Origin: Bigelowiella natans CCMP2755
Lineage: Eukaryota > Protista > Cercozoa
Assembly (NCBI GenBank): GCA_000320545.1
Contig: ADNK01000156.1
Location: 1 to 64,000 of the forward strand
DNA: 64,000 bases
Direction: 5' to 3'
In this document: positions 51,506-64,000 of the stretch, piece after piece
How positions within the stretch are numbered: the stretch's first letter is position 1
How the letters are laid out: each line of letters opens with the position of its first letter
Translations under genes and position numbers: made by a program
The notes under the pieces: generated by a model
The model's database searches: none
Seen by the model: only the letters and a program-made list of their open reading frames with translations
What the model was told of the DNA's origin: nothing

Positions 51506-51806
51506 ACCAGTTGACGCTGCGCTGGGGGCGGGCAGCAGGCCAACGAGCACGGCGATAAGGTAGACGACGGCTGGAATCGTTGGGAACCTCACGGGGCGCA
51601 CGCTTTTTTGCCCTTCGTCGTCGCCGTAGTCTGTCTCTCTCTGTCCGTACTGCTGTCGGAAAATATGTGTGTGTGTGTCTGTGTGTGTGTTGCTCAGGTG
51701 GTGGCACGTAGCCCTGCTCTTCCTCCTCCTTCCCCCTCCTTCTTCTTCCTCCTTGCAAGACAAACCGAGTGGCAGAATAATCGAGAAATAATCGACTGAC
51801 AATCCA

Positions 51807-51898
51807 AGGAAATCCTAGGAAATGGTCTGCGTTCCCTATCTACGTCATCAGGAAATCCTAGGAAATGGTCTGCGTTCCCCATCTACGTCATCAGGAAA
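51807..51898. repeat. 43-bp tandem duplication (two copies plus a partial third) in a divergent promoter
   Basis: AGGAAATCCTAGGAAATGGTCTGCGTTCCCYATCTACGTCATC at 51807 and 51850, one mismatch. Confidence 0.9.
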
Positions 51899-52467
51899 AA
51901 ATACGGTACTCGTACACTCGTACAATTTTGAGCAAGCCAAACGGGTCGTTGGAGGGATTAGCGTGTGGCGTTTTTTCTCTAAGTGCGACAATGGTCTATT
52001 CATGTCGCAAGGGATAAATACATGCTGATAACAACGATCTATGCATGTCGCAAGGGACAGACACAACCTGATAAACAAACACTGCCGCCACGTGACGGTC
52101 TCTCCCCTCGCCTTCTCCTCTACCGTGCGCGTAGCTGTGTTTCTACAACCAATCCAATAATTTTACTAGTCGATTTTCTGTTTATTTCGTGATATCATCC
52201 TATTTTCTGGTGGTGGATCCGGTGGAGGAATGGGGTTGGGAGGAATAGCTGCGTTTTCTGCATCACGTTCCTTTTCCCTATTGCTCAATATTCGGTGTAG
52301 TAGGCCTCCATATCGAATTATCCATGTATGATTGACGGCCACTATTTCTATTCTTACCAGTAGTCTTCACTGTCAAAAATTCATTCTTTTATCTTTGATC
52401 TGACGGTAGACACACGTCGCTAATATTCCACCTGTACAGCCAGGCCTTTTGTACGGAAGAGTTGAAA

Positions 52468-55214
52468 ATGGGGGCCCCATACGGCGATATTCGCTTGCCA
52501 GGCGTGCAAGAATTTGCCTTGAATATAGTTTTGGTGGCGCTGGGCATGTGCGGCCTTCACATTATATTCCATCAAGTTCTCTCAGCCACATCATCTCGCT
52601 ACAACCGCATCCCGCAGCTAGCTGAACAGAGGAAACAAAATTCTAAGAGCGACGACAATGGTGTGAAGAACGGTGGTGGCAGTAGGAATAATAATACGGC
52701 AACTACCCCAGAGTACAAACTCCCATTGATAGGTAATTTCAGCAGGGGTCATCATCTTTTTCTAGGGAGGCAGGGTACCACGAATCTAGAGGGAGTTGGA
52801 ATCTTAATATCCACCCTCCGACCCCCTTTTCCTCTCCTTCTCAGGTATGACGGCTCATGTGCTGACCTGTCAAGATCTTGTTGCCATTCCAGTTTCTGGA
52901 GCGATCTGCGTCTATTATCTGAGAGGCGTCTTGAGTTTTCCTGAAGGCTTGTTGTATAGCTGGGAAGATAGGTGGCTTGGGCGTTCGCACGATATCATCT
53001 ATGGGATCTACATCCATGCCGCTTTCTCGATTTATGAGGTCATCATCTACTCCATTGTTGGGAAACAGGTTGCTTGAAATCATAAGAAAAACTTATATCG
53101 CGCTCAGTGCTACATGTGTTACAATGCGTTGTTAAAAATTCCCCACATAGCAGCTGAGTTTCAATAAAATCAAAGTTGTCGAGAAATTAATAACTTTCAT
53201 CCTTTAGTATGTATGTATGTGATCTTTCCTTCCTCCTCCTCCTCCTCTCCTCCTCCTCCTCCTCGCCACGGACTGCGTGTGGTTGCTGTGTAAAACAATT
53301 GTTGTTGGTGTTGTTATTGCATTTCCTCTCCCAACAGTACGAATTCTACCTACACCACGTCCTTGTTGTTTGGCAATATGGCACCGGATTGATCTTGGGG
53401 CGTCTCCTTGGTTTCCTAGCATGTGCAGGACTCGTGGAGGTAGTACAGCGGATATGGTGTGAGTGTGTATGTGTGTTTATGTGTGTGTGTGTGTGTGTGT
53501 GTGTGGGTGTCGTATTTGTGAGGAAGCAGACGGAAAAAAGAGTGTGGTATATATGTCCTCCGAGAGAGGAGGGAGCATGAATCGATCACAGGCTATCGAC
53601 TTAAGGAATATTAGTGTAAACAGTTCTTCATCCATTTTCTTCTTATTCCGAAAGAAGAAAAGTGCAGATCTAGTCGACCATAATATCATTGCACATCCAT
53701 TCCTGTGTTTGGGCGTCGTTTTATCATCGACCAGCCTTCGTTTCGTCGACTAATTTTGCTTGTTTTCCTTCCTCTAATTGGGAATTTCATCGCCATCATC
53801 ATCATCATTGTAACTTAATACATTCTCTTTCCATCATCATTAATGATTTAAGCTCTGATTGTCACCAATATCTACCATCAGGTAACCAACGTATTCCTCT
53901 CAAGCTTGTCGATGATGGGTCGCATGGATCTCAAGACGAGCCCTCTGTAGGAGGAGAAGAATCATCACCCAGAAACATAGAAAATATACACGACGCGAAC
54001 ATACTACATTAACACACACACACGAACAGCAAACTGGACAGTACACTAGACAGCACATACACTTGGACTCGTATAGTGATGAAGTAATGTTAAAAGTTGT
54101 CGTTGAACACTACCTAACAGCTATTTGGGCGCTGGAGTTGGCCTTTACGTCTCGTACGTCATGTCGCGCCTAATTTTGGTATATTACGACGATAATTTTT
54201 GGGACGGTGATTGGTGGTGTTCGCTCAAGAACAAATGGGAGATGGTGTGAACATTGTTTTGGCTGTTATTAAAAGAGAGTGTTGACACACAGGAGCAGCA
54301 CTTGCGGTGATTTTGGTTTTTGCAATATTTGCAACCGTTTGTATTGAAGTAGAAGAAGAAGAAAAAGTAGAAAAAGAGGATGCGGATTCCTGTTTTGAAG
54401 ACATGATGACGGCATATTTCTCGACCTTTCTAATAGATATGTGCTTTTTGTTGTTACCCTCTTCTTCACCAGCTTCCAATCACGCTAGGATGTTTATTCT
54501 ACGATATTTTCACAGTAATGATGAAAATAGAGCAGTAAAGAAGTATGTAAGTATCTGTCATTGGTAATGATATAAACTACTACGGATTGATCGCTAGCAG
54601 AGAGAAGACCACAGGAGGAGGAGAAGGCGTATTAAAACATGAAAGAGGAGACATGATCCATATTGGGAAAATGATCACGCATCGTCCTTGCCTCTCGGGA
54701 CCAAAAATCAATTCATGCGTGCATGAAATATAAATATACTTATATCTATTATATAATGTGTGTGTGTGTGGGTGTGTGTGTGTTTTAAATTCAGATTCCA
54801 GCTTCTGTTGTGAATGAAATTAGAGTGTTTCTTATCTGCAGCACGGTAGTAAATCTCATAATTAACTGAAGAAAGGGGGGTAGGTACGGTGGGCATTAGA
54901 TATGTTACAACGATGAAAACAAGGTATGGATGACGAGGATGAGGATGATGACAAAGTGCGCGTGTGTGTGAGAGAGTGTGCGTGTGTGTGTGTGTGTGTG
55001 TTTGTGCGCGTACTTGTCTGCGCAAGTATACTCGAGATACCATTCGTACTGATTGAACAGATAGCATATTATGGTTTTGTACCGAATTCATGATAACTAT
55101 GTACGTTGCTACTTTCCTCATTCAGGGTGCGTGCTTAGTCATATTATCGATGTCCTGTTTGTGGTTCTCTAAAATACACGCTGGGCTTATGAAACATCTA
55201 TACGGTAGTTCGTG

Positions 55215-55253
<39 letters not shown>

Positions 55254-55485
55254 ATTTTCAATGGAAGTCTCGTGGTTTCCTTTTACCATGTGTTCCAGCA
55301 TAGTAAAATTACCTGAGCTACGTTGCCGGATGAAGAGATAGCGCAAAAGTCCTTCATGGTAATAATGATAATAATCTTGTGTCTCGTTTGGATCAGGCAA
55401 AGGAGGTGATGATAGAGCTGGATCTGAGTTGGATGCGACTTCTCATGGACACGAACACAGCAATGGGCACCACAAGAGTCAGTAG
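52468..55485 (+). CDS. TLC (TRAM/LAG1/CLN8) domain membrane protein; multi-exon
   Basis: Several TM helices, YEFYLHHVLV, GLVE|VTNVFL, YVMSRL and SCLWFSKIHAGLMK. Some internal exons are uncertain. Confidence 0.8.
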
Positions 55486-56512
55486 AAAGGGGAGAGGTAG
55501 CACAGGAGATCAATTTTCATGCTAAGCCTACTATTTAGAGTGATGGAAAGAAGCTCACCTTTTCCTTTTTCAACCTCCCTGCTTTCTCTGCTGTGAGCCA
55601 ATCCTATATACTAATATGCTTAAATAGAATGGCGATTAATGTCATGTACGGTACGCTAGCAAATAGCAGCAATTTTGAATGTACCATGCTAGCATATTCT
55701 GTATAGCTACAGTTTGTAACATCTTATTTCAAAAATCTAATTAGCACGGAAGAATTAAGCCACTTGAAGTCACGAAAAAAATAAAATGAGTGTATGCTAT
55801 TCACACCTAATGTCACCACTCTTGTAGCTTACATTGAACGCGCACATACTGTGCTATATGGCTTACAAGTACAAGCTGTGCATCGTAAGTATCTTTGGCT
55901 TGCAAATGATATGCAATTGACAAGATGCTAGTAAATCATGTTGACAATTCAGCAATAACAGAGTAGTATACACGCGTCTATATGGCGCACATGTTTAAAC
56001 ACATGCGTGTGTAGTCGAGGTAGTGCATGACGCCAAACGCAGCACTACACACACACACACGCACACAGAGTATACAGATACCATGGCATAGCATATGTCA
56101 TGTACATAGATGCATGAGCTAATATAAACATATGAGCAAATAATGAAAAACAGAAAATTATTGTAGGCTGTGTTGTATCTTAATAAATTCGAGTTGGCAT
56201 TCTGCGTAATAACCAGATAACAGTCACAACGTATATTCATTACACCTTAGACAAATGTCTTTGGCTTAAAACTAAAAGATGTATGGGTTAGAATAGAGGA
56301 TGGTCCAGCATAAAACAATCCCACAAATGTGTACAAAGCATCGCAGAAGAAAGATATCGCACCTAGATGTCAGCTCAACATCCTCTTGGTTTCGTGATGA
56401 TGATAGGATGATGGCGGCAAGCAAAAATATGAAACTTCATAACTAGGTTCTGGGACATGAATAGCTTCCTCGATTTCATTTGTTCCCCAGAACACCTTGT
56501 CGCCCCTTTCAT

Positions 56513-57211
56513 TTAACGCCGAAGTGACTTCGCTTTCGCTTTTTCCTTCATCGCCTTTTCCTGAGCCTCGAGTGATTTCTTATATGCATCCTTATGTAAT
56601 CTGTATCCAAACACTTTCGGGACGTACTTGTCGCTCAGGGACTTTGGTTTCAATTCAGGGTATGTGAGAAAAAACAAATGGGGGAATGTTCTTCCGAAGA
56701 AAGCCCCATCGATGTGCTCATGCCTCGACTTTTGGGGCTCAAACACATCCTCGCACTTTGGACAATAAAGTTTGACCGAGTCCTCGTCGAGTTGATCGGA
56801 GAGTCCTATCGGCAACACCGCTTGATCCCTACATAGGACATTGGGACAGACTCCAAAGTGTTTCTCTCGATATTTAACCAGCATTCTCTGCAGGCCACGA
56901 CTTGTTATGATGTATCGGGCATGGATCAGCCCGAACAGCGTCTCCGCATCGTTTTCCAGCATCTCCTGCTGGTCATCTGAGAGCATGTCATCTCTTGATT
57001 CTATATCGAGAATGAGGTCAAGAGCATTGTCATAGTAGGCGATCATGGAGTCAAGTCCCGTGAGGTTGAAGGAGTCCTGGACGTAGGAGTCTTCCACTTC
57101 ACAGAAGAATTCATTCCCCTTGAGAGAACAGAACCAGGGAATCCAGGAGTACTCTTCATCAGAATGTAGCTCCGAAGAAGACGCGGAGTCCTTAGCCCTC
57201 CTCCCACTCAT
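56513..57211 (-). CDS. CSNK2B: casein kinase II regulatory beta subunit (intronless)
   Basis: SWIPWFCSLKGNEFFCEV, DSFNLTGL, LFGLIHARYI, Zn ribbon CPNVLC...CPKC, IDGAFFG and YVPKVFGYRLH. Confidence 0.97.
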   Translation of the reverse strand: MSGRRAKDSASSSELHSDEEYSWIPWFCSLKGNEFFCEVEDSYVQDSFNLTGLDSMIAYYDNALDLILDIESRDDMLSDDQQEMLENDAETLFGLIHARYIITSRGLQRMLVKYREKHFGVCPNVLCRDQAVLPIGLSDQLDEDSVKLYCPKCEDVFEPQKSRHEHIDGAFFGRTFPHLFFLTYPELKPKSLSDKYVPKVFGYRLHKDAYKKSLEAQEKAMKEKAKAKSLRR

Positions 57212-57742
57212 GATCGGGCTGGAGATCGATAGGAAGCACTTACTAGCCTCACCCTCCCTCGTGTTTTGTGGGGAGGAGACAAGAAGTCACCCGATATTTT
57301 AAATAACATCTCTATTAATTATTCGCATCGCATCTTCATCGCACATTTATTTATTAATTTTTCTTTGACAAAATAATATTTCGTCTGAGAGTCAGCAGCA
57401 GCGCTGCCTCAATGCCCCGAATCACGTAAAATAATGTGACCGGTAACGAATCACACTTATTTTGTAATTCTCCGAGAAATTCTCAGATCCGGGCAACATC
57501 TTAAAAAAAAACCGAGGTACGAGGTTGATGGGCACGCAGAATCATCGTGAGGATCTCTCGAAACTGCGACAGGAGGGTATGATATTGGATCTATTAGGGG
57601 TGATATTTTGCCGAATTTAAGCGCTCCCCGAACTTGCTGCCTTGTACAATCAGAGCTACCTCGATCAGATTGGAACAAGTTAATACTTGCCCCCCCCGAT
57701 TCCGAAATAAGGTGTACAAAAAAATAATATTATGCAGTAAGT

Positions 57743-60700
57743 GATGATGCTGTTATTCAAGGCTCTCGTCTGATACACAGATGGCTCCGCCATTCGTAAG
57801 TGAGGGAGTAAAGACTGTACGAGCATTGGTGGAGCTCATCAAAATGGAGACTACTATGAGAGAAATGTACGTATTTCCACAGGAAGAACGAGGAAACATG
57901 AGAATCCGAAATTTTATGGTTGGAGTAAATCATAATAGCGTCTTTTTCTCAGGAAAAACCAGCAAGTTTCAAATTCTAGGAATGAATGGGAATCTTCGCT
58001 ACTAGATGTTCTCTTTGAGAGTGCCTTAATGATAAACGACATGTTTAGTTGCTGGGAATCAAAGATGTATCACTCAGGTAAAAGGATATTATTGGTGCAT
58101 GGGCATCAACCTAAACTGTATGCACATCATGTCAGTCGTGCAAAATGTTGAAGCTCGCTGCTGGGCTGTAAGAGAAAAGCTGACAGCCTTGGAGCGTATA
58201 TTACCACCCCGCCTATACAGTAAGATGGTAAGTTGTTGTATTGGGTCGTTCTCATTTTAGTTGTCTGACTCAATGTTCTTACGGCACAGCTTGTTTCTCC
58301 AAATAGCAACAAATGGAAGTTTTGCGATGTTGCCCTTACAAGCTATAAGATCATCCTTCAAGTATTCCACTAAGTTTCATTATGATGGCATTCGGATCCA
58401 AATTTGATTCTTATATACATACTTGTGTTTAGGCTCCAAAGAAGCAGACAATCCCTTTATTTGACGAACGGTGTTCAGATGTGGTTTTGCCACGTTTCCA
58501 CCGGTAACGATCAACCTCAGACTACTTTGTAGGTTTAACTTTCACGTGGCTGAGAACCGAACTGGCATATGTGTGTTATCTGGGAAGAGCCCTGTTCTCT
58601 ATCTAAGGCCAACAAAATGTCTGAAAAACTTGGATCCCTCTTCCTGGATGGTTTGACGATAGGTCTAACTCTTGTAGATATTCAACAAGTGCGGTGGATT
58701 CAAGCTCTCACGGGCAACAAGATCATGTAGCACACAAAAATAAAACTAATCAAAGATAGTTAATGTTTGGCAACGCTGCTTATCATCTCAGCAAGGAAAT
58801 GAATTCCACCATAGCCAAAATGCCTCTACTTCAGAGATCCAAACTGCTTGAATTTGTCGGAGGTCTTTCAAAATTTTATTGTGAAACACAAAATATACCT
58901 AGCCTTTGTGTTTTCTTCAGAGGGAAGAAACCTGTTCGAACGTTGCGAGAAATATAACTTTGAAAATGATGATCAGAAAGGGGACCAACCACTACACCGT
59001 ACAAAACAAGTGATTAATCAATCGATATCTATTTGAATAACTAATGTTCTGCTTTTATCAGCTCTAAGATCGGAGCAAATGTTTGACGTTCTAACCTCGT
59101 CGAAAAAGGGAGATAATCTTTTAAGTGGAAAGATTTCCGATGTGAGTATGTAAATAAGCAATTCGTTCGTTCTCTGTATCATAGAGGACTGCTAACATGC
59201 CCGACATTTTGTGCATTGTTTGGCTATTCTATTCTTATTAGAGATACTCCAGAACTATCTCGGAATCTGATTCAACCCGCCGTATGAGCGGTGTAATCTC
59301 AGTCCAGGAAAATGTCACATTAAGTCCTCGGTAAGAGTATACATTTCTTTTTTTCCTTTACAAAATTAATTCGTTTTTCTCAGTATTGACAGAACCAGAA
59401 AGACTGCAAGCCAAGATAATGATGGGCATGATAGCGTTGGTCAAAAACCCAGAAGCGGTGATTTGATTTCCAAACATGCCGAAGTTTTTGAGCACATCCC
59501 TCCTCTTGGGGATGCAGCTGAACTGGAAGAAGATTTAAAAGCTCTTATTAATCAAGAGGATGATGGCCCAAACGAGTACAATTAATTGCATCAACCTACA
59601 ATGAACACGAAATTCCATTTACGACATAGACATCGATTGTGGAAAATGTTTCAGGCTGCAGAAATCGGATCCATCCTCTAGTACAAGGCAGTTGTATGTT
59701 CTTCCTCCAAAGCAAGCAAAGGCATCCATCAAAATTTTCCATGTTCACACAAGAAAGCGCTCATCATCGCATCCCATTCAACCGGTCCGGCTTTTTTGAT
59801 TTCATGTAGTTTGATAAAATACTGGCAATCTTATTCTGCGCCTTTATTTAGAAGCCTTCTCTTTCAAAGGATAATGCAGAAAGCGGAGGTTTCAGCAAAT
59901 TCAAACAAATCTTTCTTGGTATTTGAGTTTTTACTTTTTGAGTAGACCGTCATCTTTACGTCCGTCGACCATGCGAAATGCCAAGCTCAAGTAAATCGCA
60001 TGATAGTCTCCTGAGAGATAGGACACGAAGTTTGGACAATTCAATTCAAAGGAGAGGCGAACTCCGTTTTGGTGGGATTGGACGCCGATTCAAACTACTA
60101 GGAAGTAGAGGTGATGATGCAGAAATTTACGTCGGGGCAGATGCAACTCAAAGAAGGTACCCCTCGTCATAATTTTAGGATCAAGATATGAAGATATTAA
60201 TTTTCATCCCCATTTCATAGGATATGGATACATCGCAACCAGTGTTCGCTACACCACCTCGCTGTAGGCTAAGAAAATTTGAATACTACAAGTCCTGAAG
60301 ACTTTCTGAAGTATTCATGTGTGTGTGTTCGTTAAAGTGTACGAAGGTTGAAGTTCGTCCCTCTAATTTAAAATACTTCCAAATCAACACAGCAAAGTTA
60401 GAGGTCGCTCCAAAGTTTTTTTGGATGTTTTTCGTTTGATCATCAATATTTTAATCCGCAATTATAGCTTGAGCTCAGAATCGAGATTTCGGCAACAAAC
60501 GGTTGCCACTATTTTTTTGATTCAAGACTTAAAAATTTAAATGTCACTTTTGTATTTTTAAATAATTTTCAGGAATGGACGACCGGGTGATTACAGCATA
60601 CACTCCGATTTAGTTATGATACGGATAATAAATGTACACTACTTACACTTTGAAAGAAGGATCACAGCGAACCCTCAGCACCTAGTCGTCCCAGCACGTC

Positions 60701-61367
60701 AGTTCCGACTAATCGGCAGATCTCAGAAGCGGTTTTATCTTAAATCAACATAAAGAAGCTAAATTCAAAACCAATGTTCCTTACATTCAGAAGACTTTCC
60801 GATTTTGCTTCGCATCTGAAGATGATTTCAGTAGCTTTCTACGGTGAGTAAATAAAATTCGTCCATTCGAGATTTATTACTATACTAAATGCTTGGTTCA
60901 GGCTATTTGACTGGTTTACGCACGTTGAGCCATCGAGATTCGTATTTGAGAGCTTGTTATTACGGATCCGACTCTCACAAAGCTATTCAGTCTTGGATAT
61001 GACACCGTCTCCTGTATCTAAAGGTCGTCTATGTATGACGGAAATTTTTGAAGTCATGTATGAAGCAATGCTGAGAGATATGGCCATGTTCTCCGCATCT
61101 ATTGAGTCCCGATCCCGAAGTCCCAGGAGTAGATCCTCAGCCCCAACAAGGGCCAACAACGACAAGAAAAGAGTGCGCAGGACTGAAAGTGGGAAAAGAG
61201 CCCAAGTCATTGAAAATATACACATAAATAAGTTGTATCGTACAAGAAATTTTAACCAGAATAACAACGAGGAGGAGGAGTGTGATAGAGCTAGGCTGCT
61301 GCTGCAGCTTCTTACTCGCGGTTGTGTCAAAAGAGGGTCAAATTATCTTTCTGTCGAAATGAGATGA
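57743..61367 (+). CDS. multi-exon hypothetical protein with many short introns
   Basis: Regular short GT-AG introns on the plus strand separate coding-like blocks, and the last exon is ORF 60954-61367. No family recognised and the start is uncertain. Confidence 0.45.
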
Positions 61368-64000
61368 ATTAGTAATTTTTTTAAATAATATATCCAGGGA
61401 TATCGTACGCGATGACCCTCTAGAGTAAGGATTTTACGTATAAAATAACGATTATCCAAAACATTTCGCACGATCAGGCACCGAGTAAATGTCGACGTAG
61501 AAGAGGGAATCGATACTCGATCCAGCATGTAATTCTTGATGAGTTTAATGCGATCCAGAAGTGTTCATCTCAGCAGATTTATTGTAGTAGATGCTTGTGT
61601 CGAAGCGGGAAATGTTTACTGTATGCATGCCGCTTGGTAAGAGTACAAACCATCTTTTAGAATAGATTCAGAATGCATCTTTTAACAGATAAGAACTTTT
61701 GGATCTTCCATATTTAATATCCTTCATGACACTTCGAAGTCCAGAAGTCTGAGGCTATGGTTCTCTTTAGAAACAGTCATGATCCCATTGTAATGCTTTA
61801 GTTCATCAATTTTCAATAAATTTTTGTTGTACAGGTGTATGAAGATAGCTTGGGCTCTTTCTTCGTATAACCTTTCTACTTCTGAGTGCAAATGTCACAC
61901 TCACTTAACTGCAAGGCCCTCCCCTGCATGTGAGAGTGATTCAATATCGATGCAGTCGAAACTATCTGGTACCATAACTATTTTTCAAGTTATCGAAGTT
62001 GAACAATCACCACACTGTTTTTCCACGGAAAATCAGAAACCAAATCGTCCATCTATCTGAGACAAGAGCAAGAGGGATTTGAACAACAAGTTTGTGGACA
62101 TATTCTCAGTTTTTAAAACAATTTTAAATTAAGATTTTAGTAAATGTTGTATTATTCGATAAGGTTGAGAAGATGGCAAGAGATCCTGGTATAAGGAAGC
62201 AGATGCTTGACGTGGTACAGATGACTCTGTTCTGCAAACAGTGATTTAATTCTCATGCGTTCAGTTGTTGCTTGTAGATGTTTGAAATAATGATACTCGG
62301 GCATAAAATGTCACTTCATAATTCGAGTGCCGAGGTAGCGATAATTTAATCCTATTCGTCATCATTTCGAAAATAAAAGTTATTGCTACAGATAGGGCAA
62401 TTTCATCCAGATGTCGCATGCCCAAGCATGCTACCTGTTCTGCTTGCTACTCTCTCAAGGGTTTCTAGAAGCTTGCAAGCTGTATACCTGGGCAAACTTC
62501 TTATGTTGATAAAAACCTCGAGGAACCGGACGAAAGTAGATTCACTGTGTCTTCTGTATAACGATATATAACTCTATTAAATGTGTTATTAGCTCTTTCT
62601 TGAGCAGTACTGTTGGCAAAATTGGTTGTTCCCTCTGATGCTTAATGCAATGCCCACACACTGCATTGATGATTCAAGTGAAGACAAAGTTAAGCAAATA
62701 TCATTCGAACTTATTTGTAAAAATCATGCAAGAGATACTACCCCATTTACTTAGGATAACAGCGAAAAACCAAGACCAGAGCAAGTAAGAGCAGAAATTC
62801 CAGAAGACAAAAACAAATTAGTGTTGAGGAAAGTACCGAGAAGCAGCAGAGTACAGCAAGGAAAAGTGGCACCAATATTTGCTTCAACTAGAGCAGCATC
62901 CGCAAAAAGGAACAAGAAGGGCTTGGCAGAATACGAGCGATGTCTAAAGCTCGTAGTATCAATTCTTGCCCACGTCCATGCCTATGAAATCGTACGCATA
63001 ACTATAACCCTTGTTTTGTTCAAACTAATGTTACGGTATGAGCTATTCTCGCCAGGTAAATTTCACTGATCCGACATCTTGTCCCTCATCTCCTGAGCTA
63101 CCGCCAATGAAGATAAAGAAGAAAAGTACATCATCCCAAGGTGATACTCGTGCATCTTGTATGTAATCATATATCCTGACGTGTGATGAACCACTTATTT
63201 TTATTCAAAATCTTCGGAAGAAATCCATTTAGCAACAAAGTAACTTGAGTGTTCATACACTAGTAAATCGTTGCGTTTTTGGTCCCTATGTTTTGATGCT
63301 CTCTGATTAAATTTACAAGGAGATAACGTAAGCCATCTGCTCGGACTTGAAGTTACACGAACAATGTTGCTGTTCCGCCAGTATCTTCCATGGTAAATAT
63401 CTATCAGCCCACAAATCTCCATTGAATCAATCTCTTCGGTAAATCCTCCCAGGACTGAAGCAACGCGGTCTGTGTTTTCAATGGTGAGAGGGATATTTAA
63501 GTTGTTCAAACTAACAATTGACATCAAATTGCACGCAGATACTGGCATCAACGGCATTGATGATTAAAAATCTCGAACCTGTCATAAAGAAAGAGAGATT
63601 TCTCGCTGTTGAGCAGAAAAAAGGTGCGGGAAAAATTGTCGTAGATCGTCACTTTTGTACTTTGCATTGTTGGTACTAGTTATTAAGAATGCAGAAAAGC
63701 AATAACAATTGAATGACCACAGGCAAAGGAGGTATCTTCGGATGGCTTGGAAGCAGCAACAAACAGCATATTCCCACTGCAACAAAAGATATCCTTCATT
63801 TTATGGTGAAGATCTTCACACGCTTGAAACTTTATGAAATTTGAGACTAAAGTTAATGTGTTAAACGCAGATCTTGGTTGGGATGTTTGTATTTGAGTTT
63901 CAAGTGAAAAAAGATAATGCTCAGATCCATGCTCAAGAACTTATATTTTATAATGGATATCAAGTATGTTCTTACTTATTGTTCAGAGAATACATAATGA
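61343..64000 (-). CDS. multi-exon hypothetical protein, 5' end outside the window
   Basis: Minus-strand coding-like blocks (for example 63201-63557 and EVERLYEERAQAIFIHLYNKNLLKIDELKHY) with short GT-AG introns. Stop at 61343 or 61381 depending on last-exon phase. Confidence 0.45.

Noticed and set aside
14524-56240. Numerous short ORFs with YIYI, HTHT, SLSL, poly-S, poly-L or poly-M runs
   Set aside because: They are translations of intronic microsatellites, not genes.

Overview
Eukaryotic nuclear DNA from an intron-rich alga with a complex plastid, most likely a chlorarachniophyte (inferred from signal-peptide plus transit-peptide leaders). The window opens in the 3' part of a Ty3/Gypsy LTR retrotransposon (PR-RT-RH-IN, 1-3724). 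Its integrase ends in what looks like a degenerate DIRS-type N6-adenine methyltransferase domain, and its 310-bp 3' LTR carries perfect 30-bp terminal inverted repeats. About 17 host genes follow, in strictly alternating orientation: plastid GSA aminomutase, a small membrane protein, nitroreductase, ER FKBP, a SAM-domain protein, a DUF1399/GRDP-like membrane protein with an LSD1-type Zn finger, a DUF3605(HIT-like)-GNAT fusion, BCKDH E2 (DBT), a probable thylakoid-lumen protein, a CRAL-TRIO protein, an unknown, a Pus1/TruA pseudouridine synthase, a GEP4/PGPP phosphatase, a TLC-domain protein, CK2 beta and two more unknowns. A ~60-bp dyad element (GGATG..TGAAA-N11-TTTCA..CATCCGTCTCA) occurs about 9 times, always oriented the same way relative to the nearest gene. 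All exon models and domain calls were made by eye; no database searches were run.
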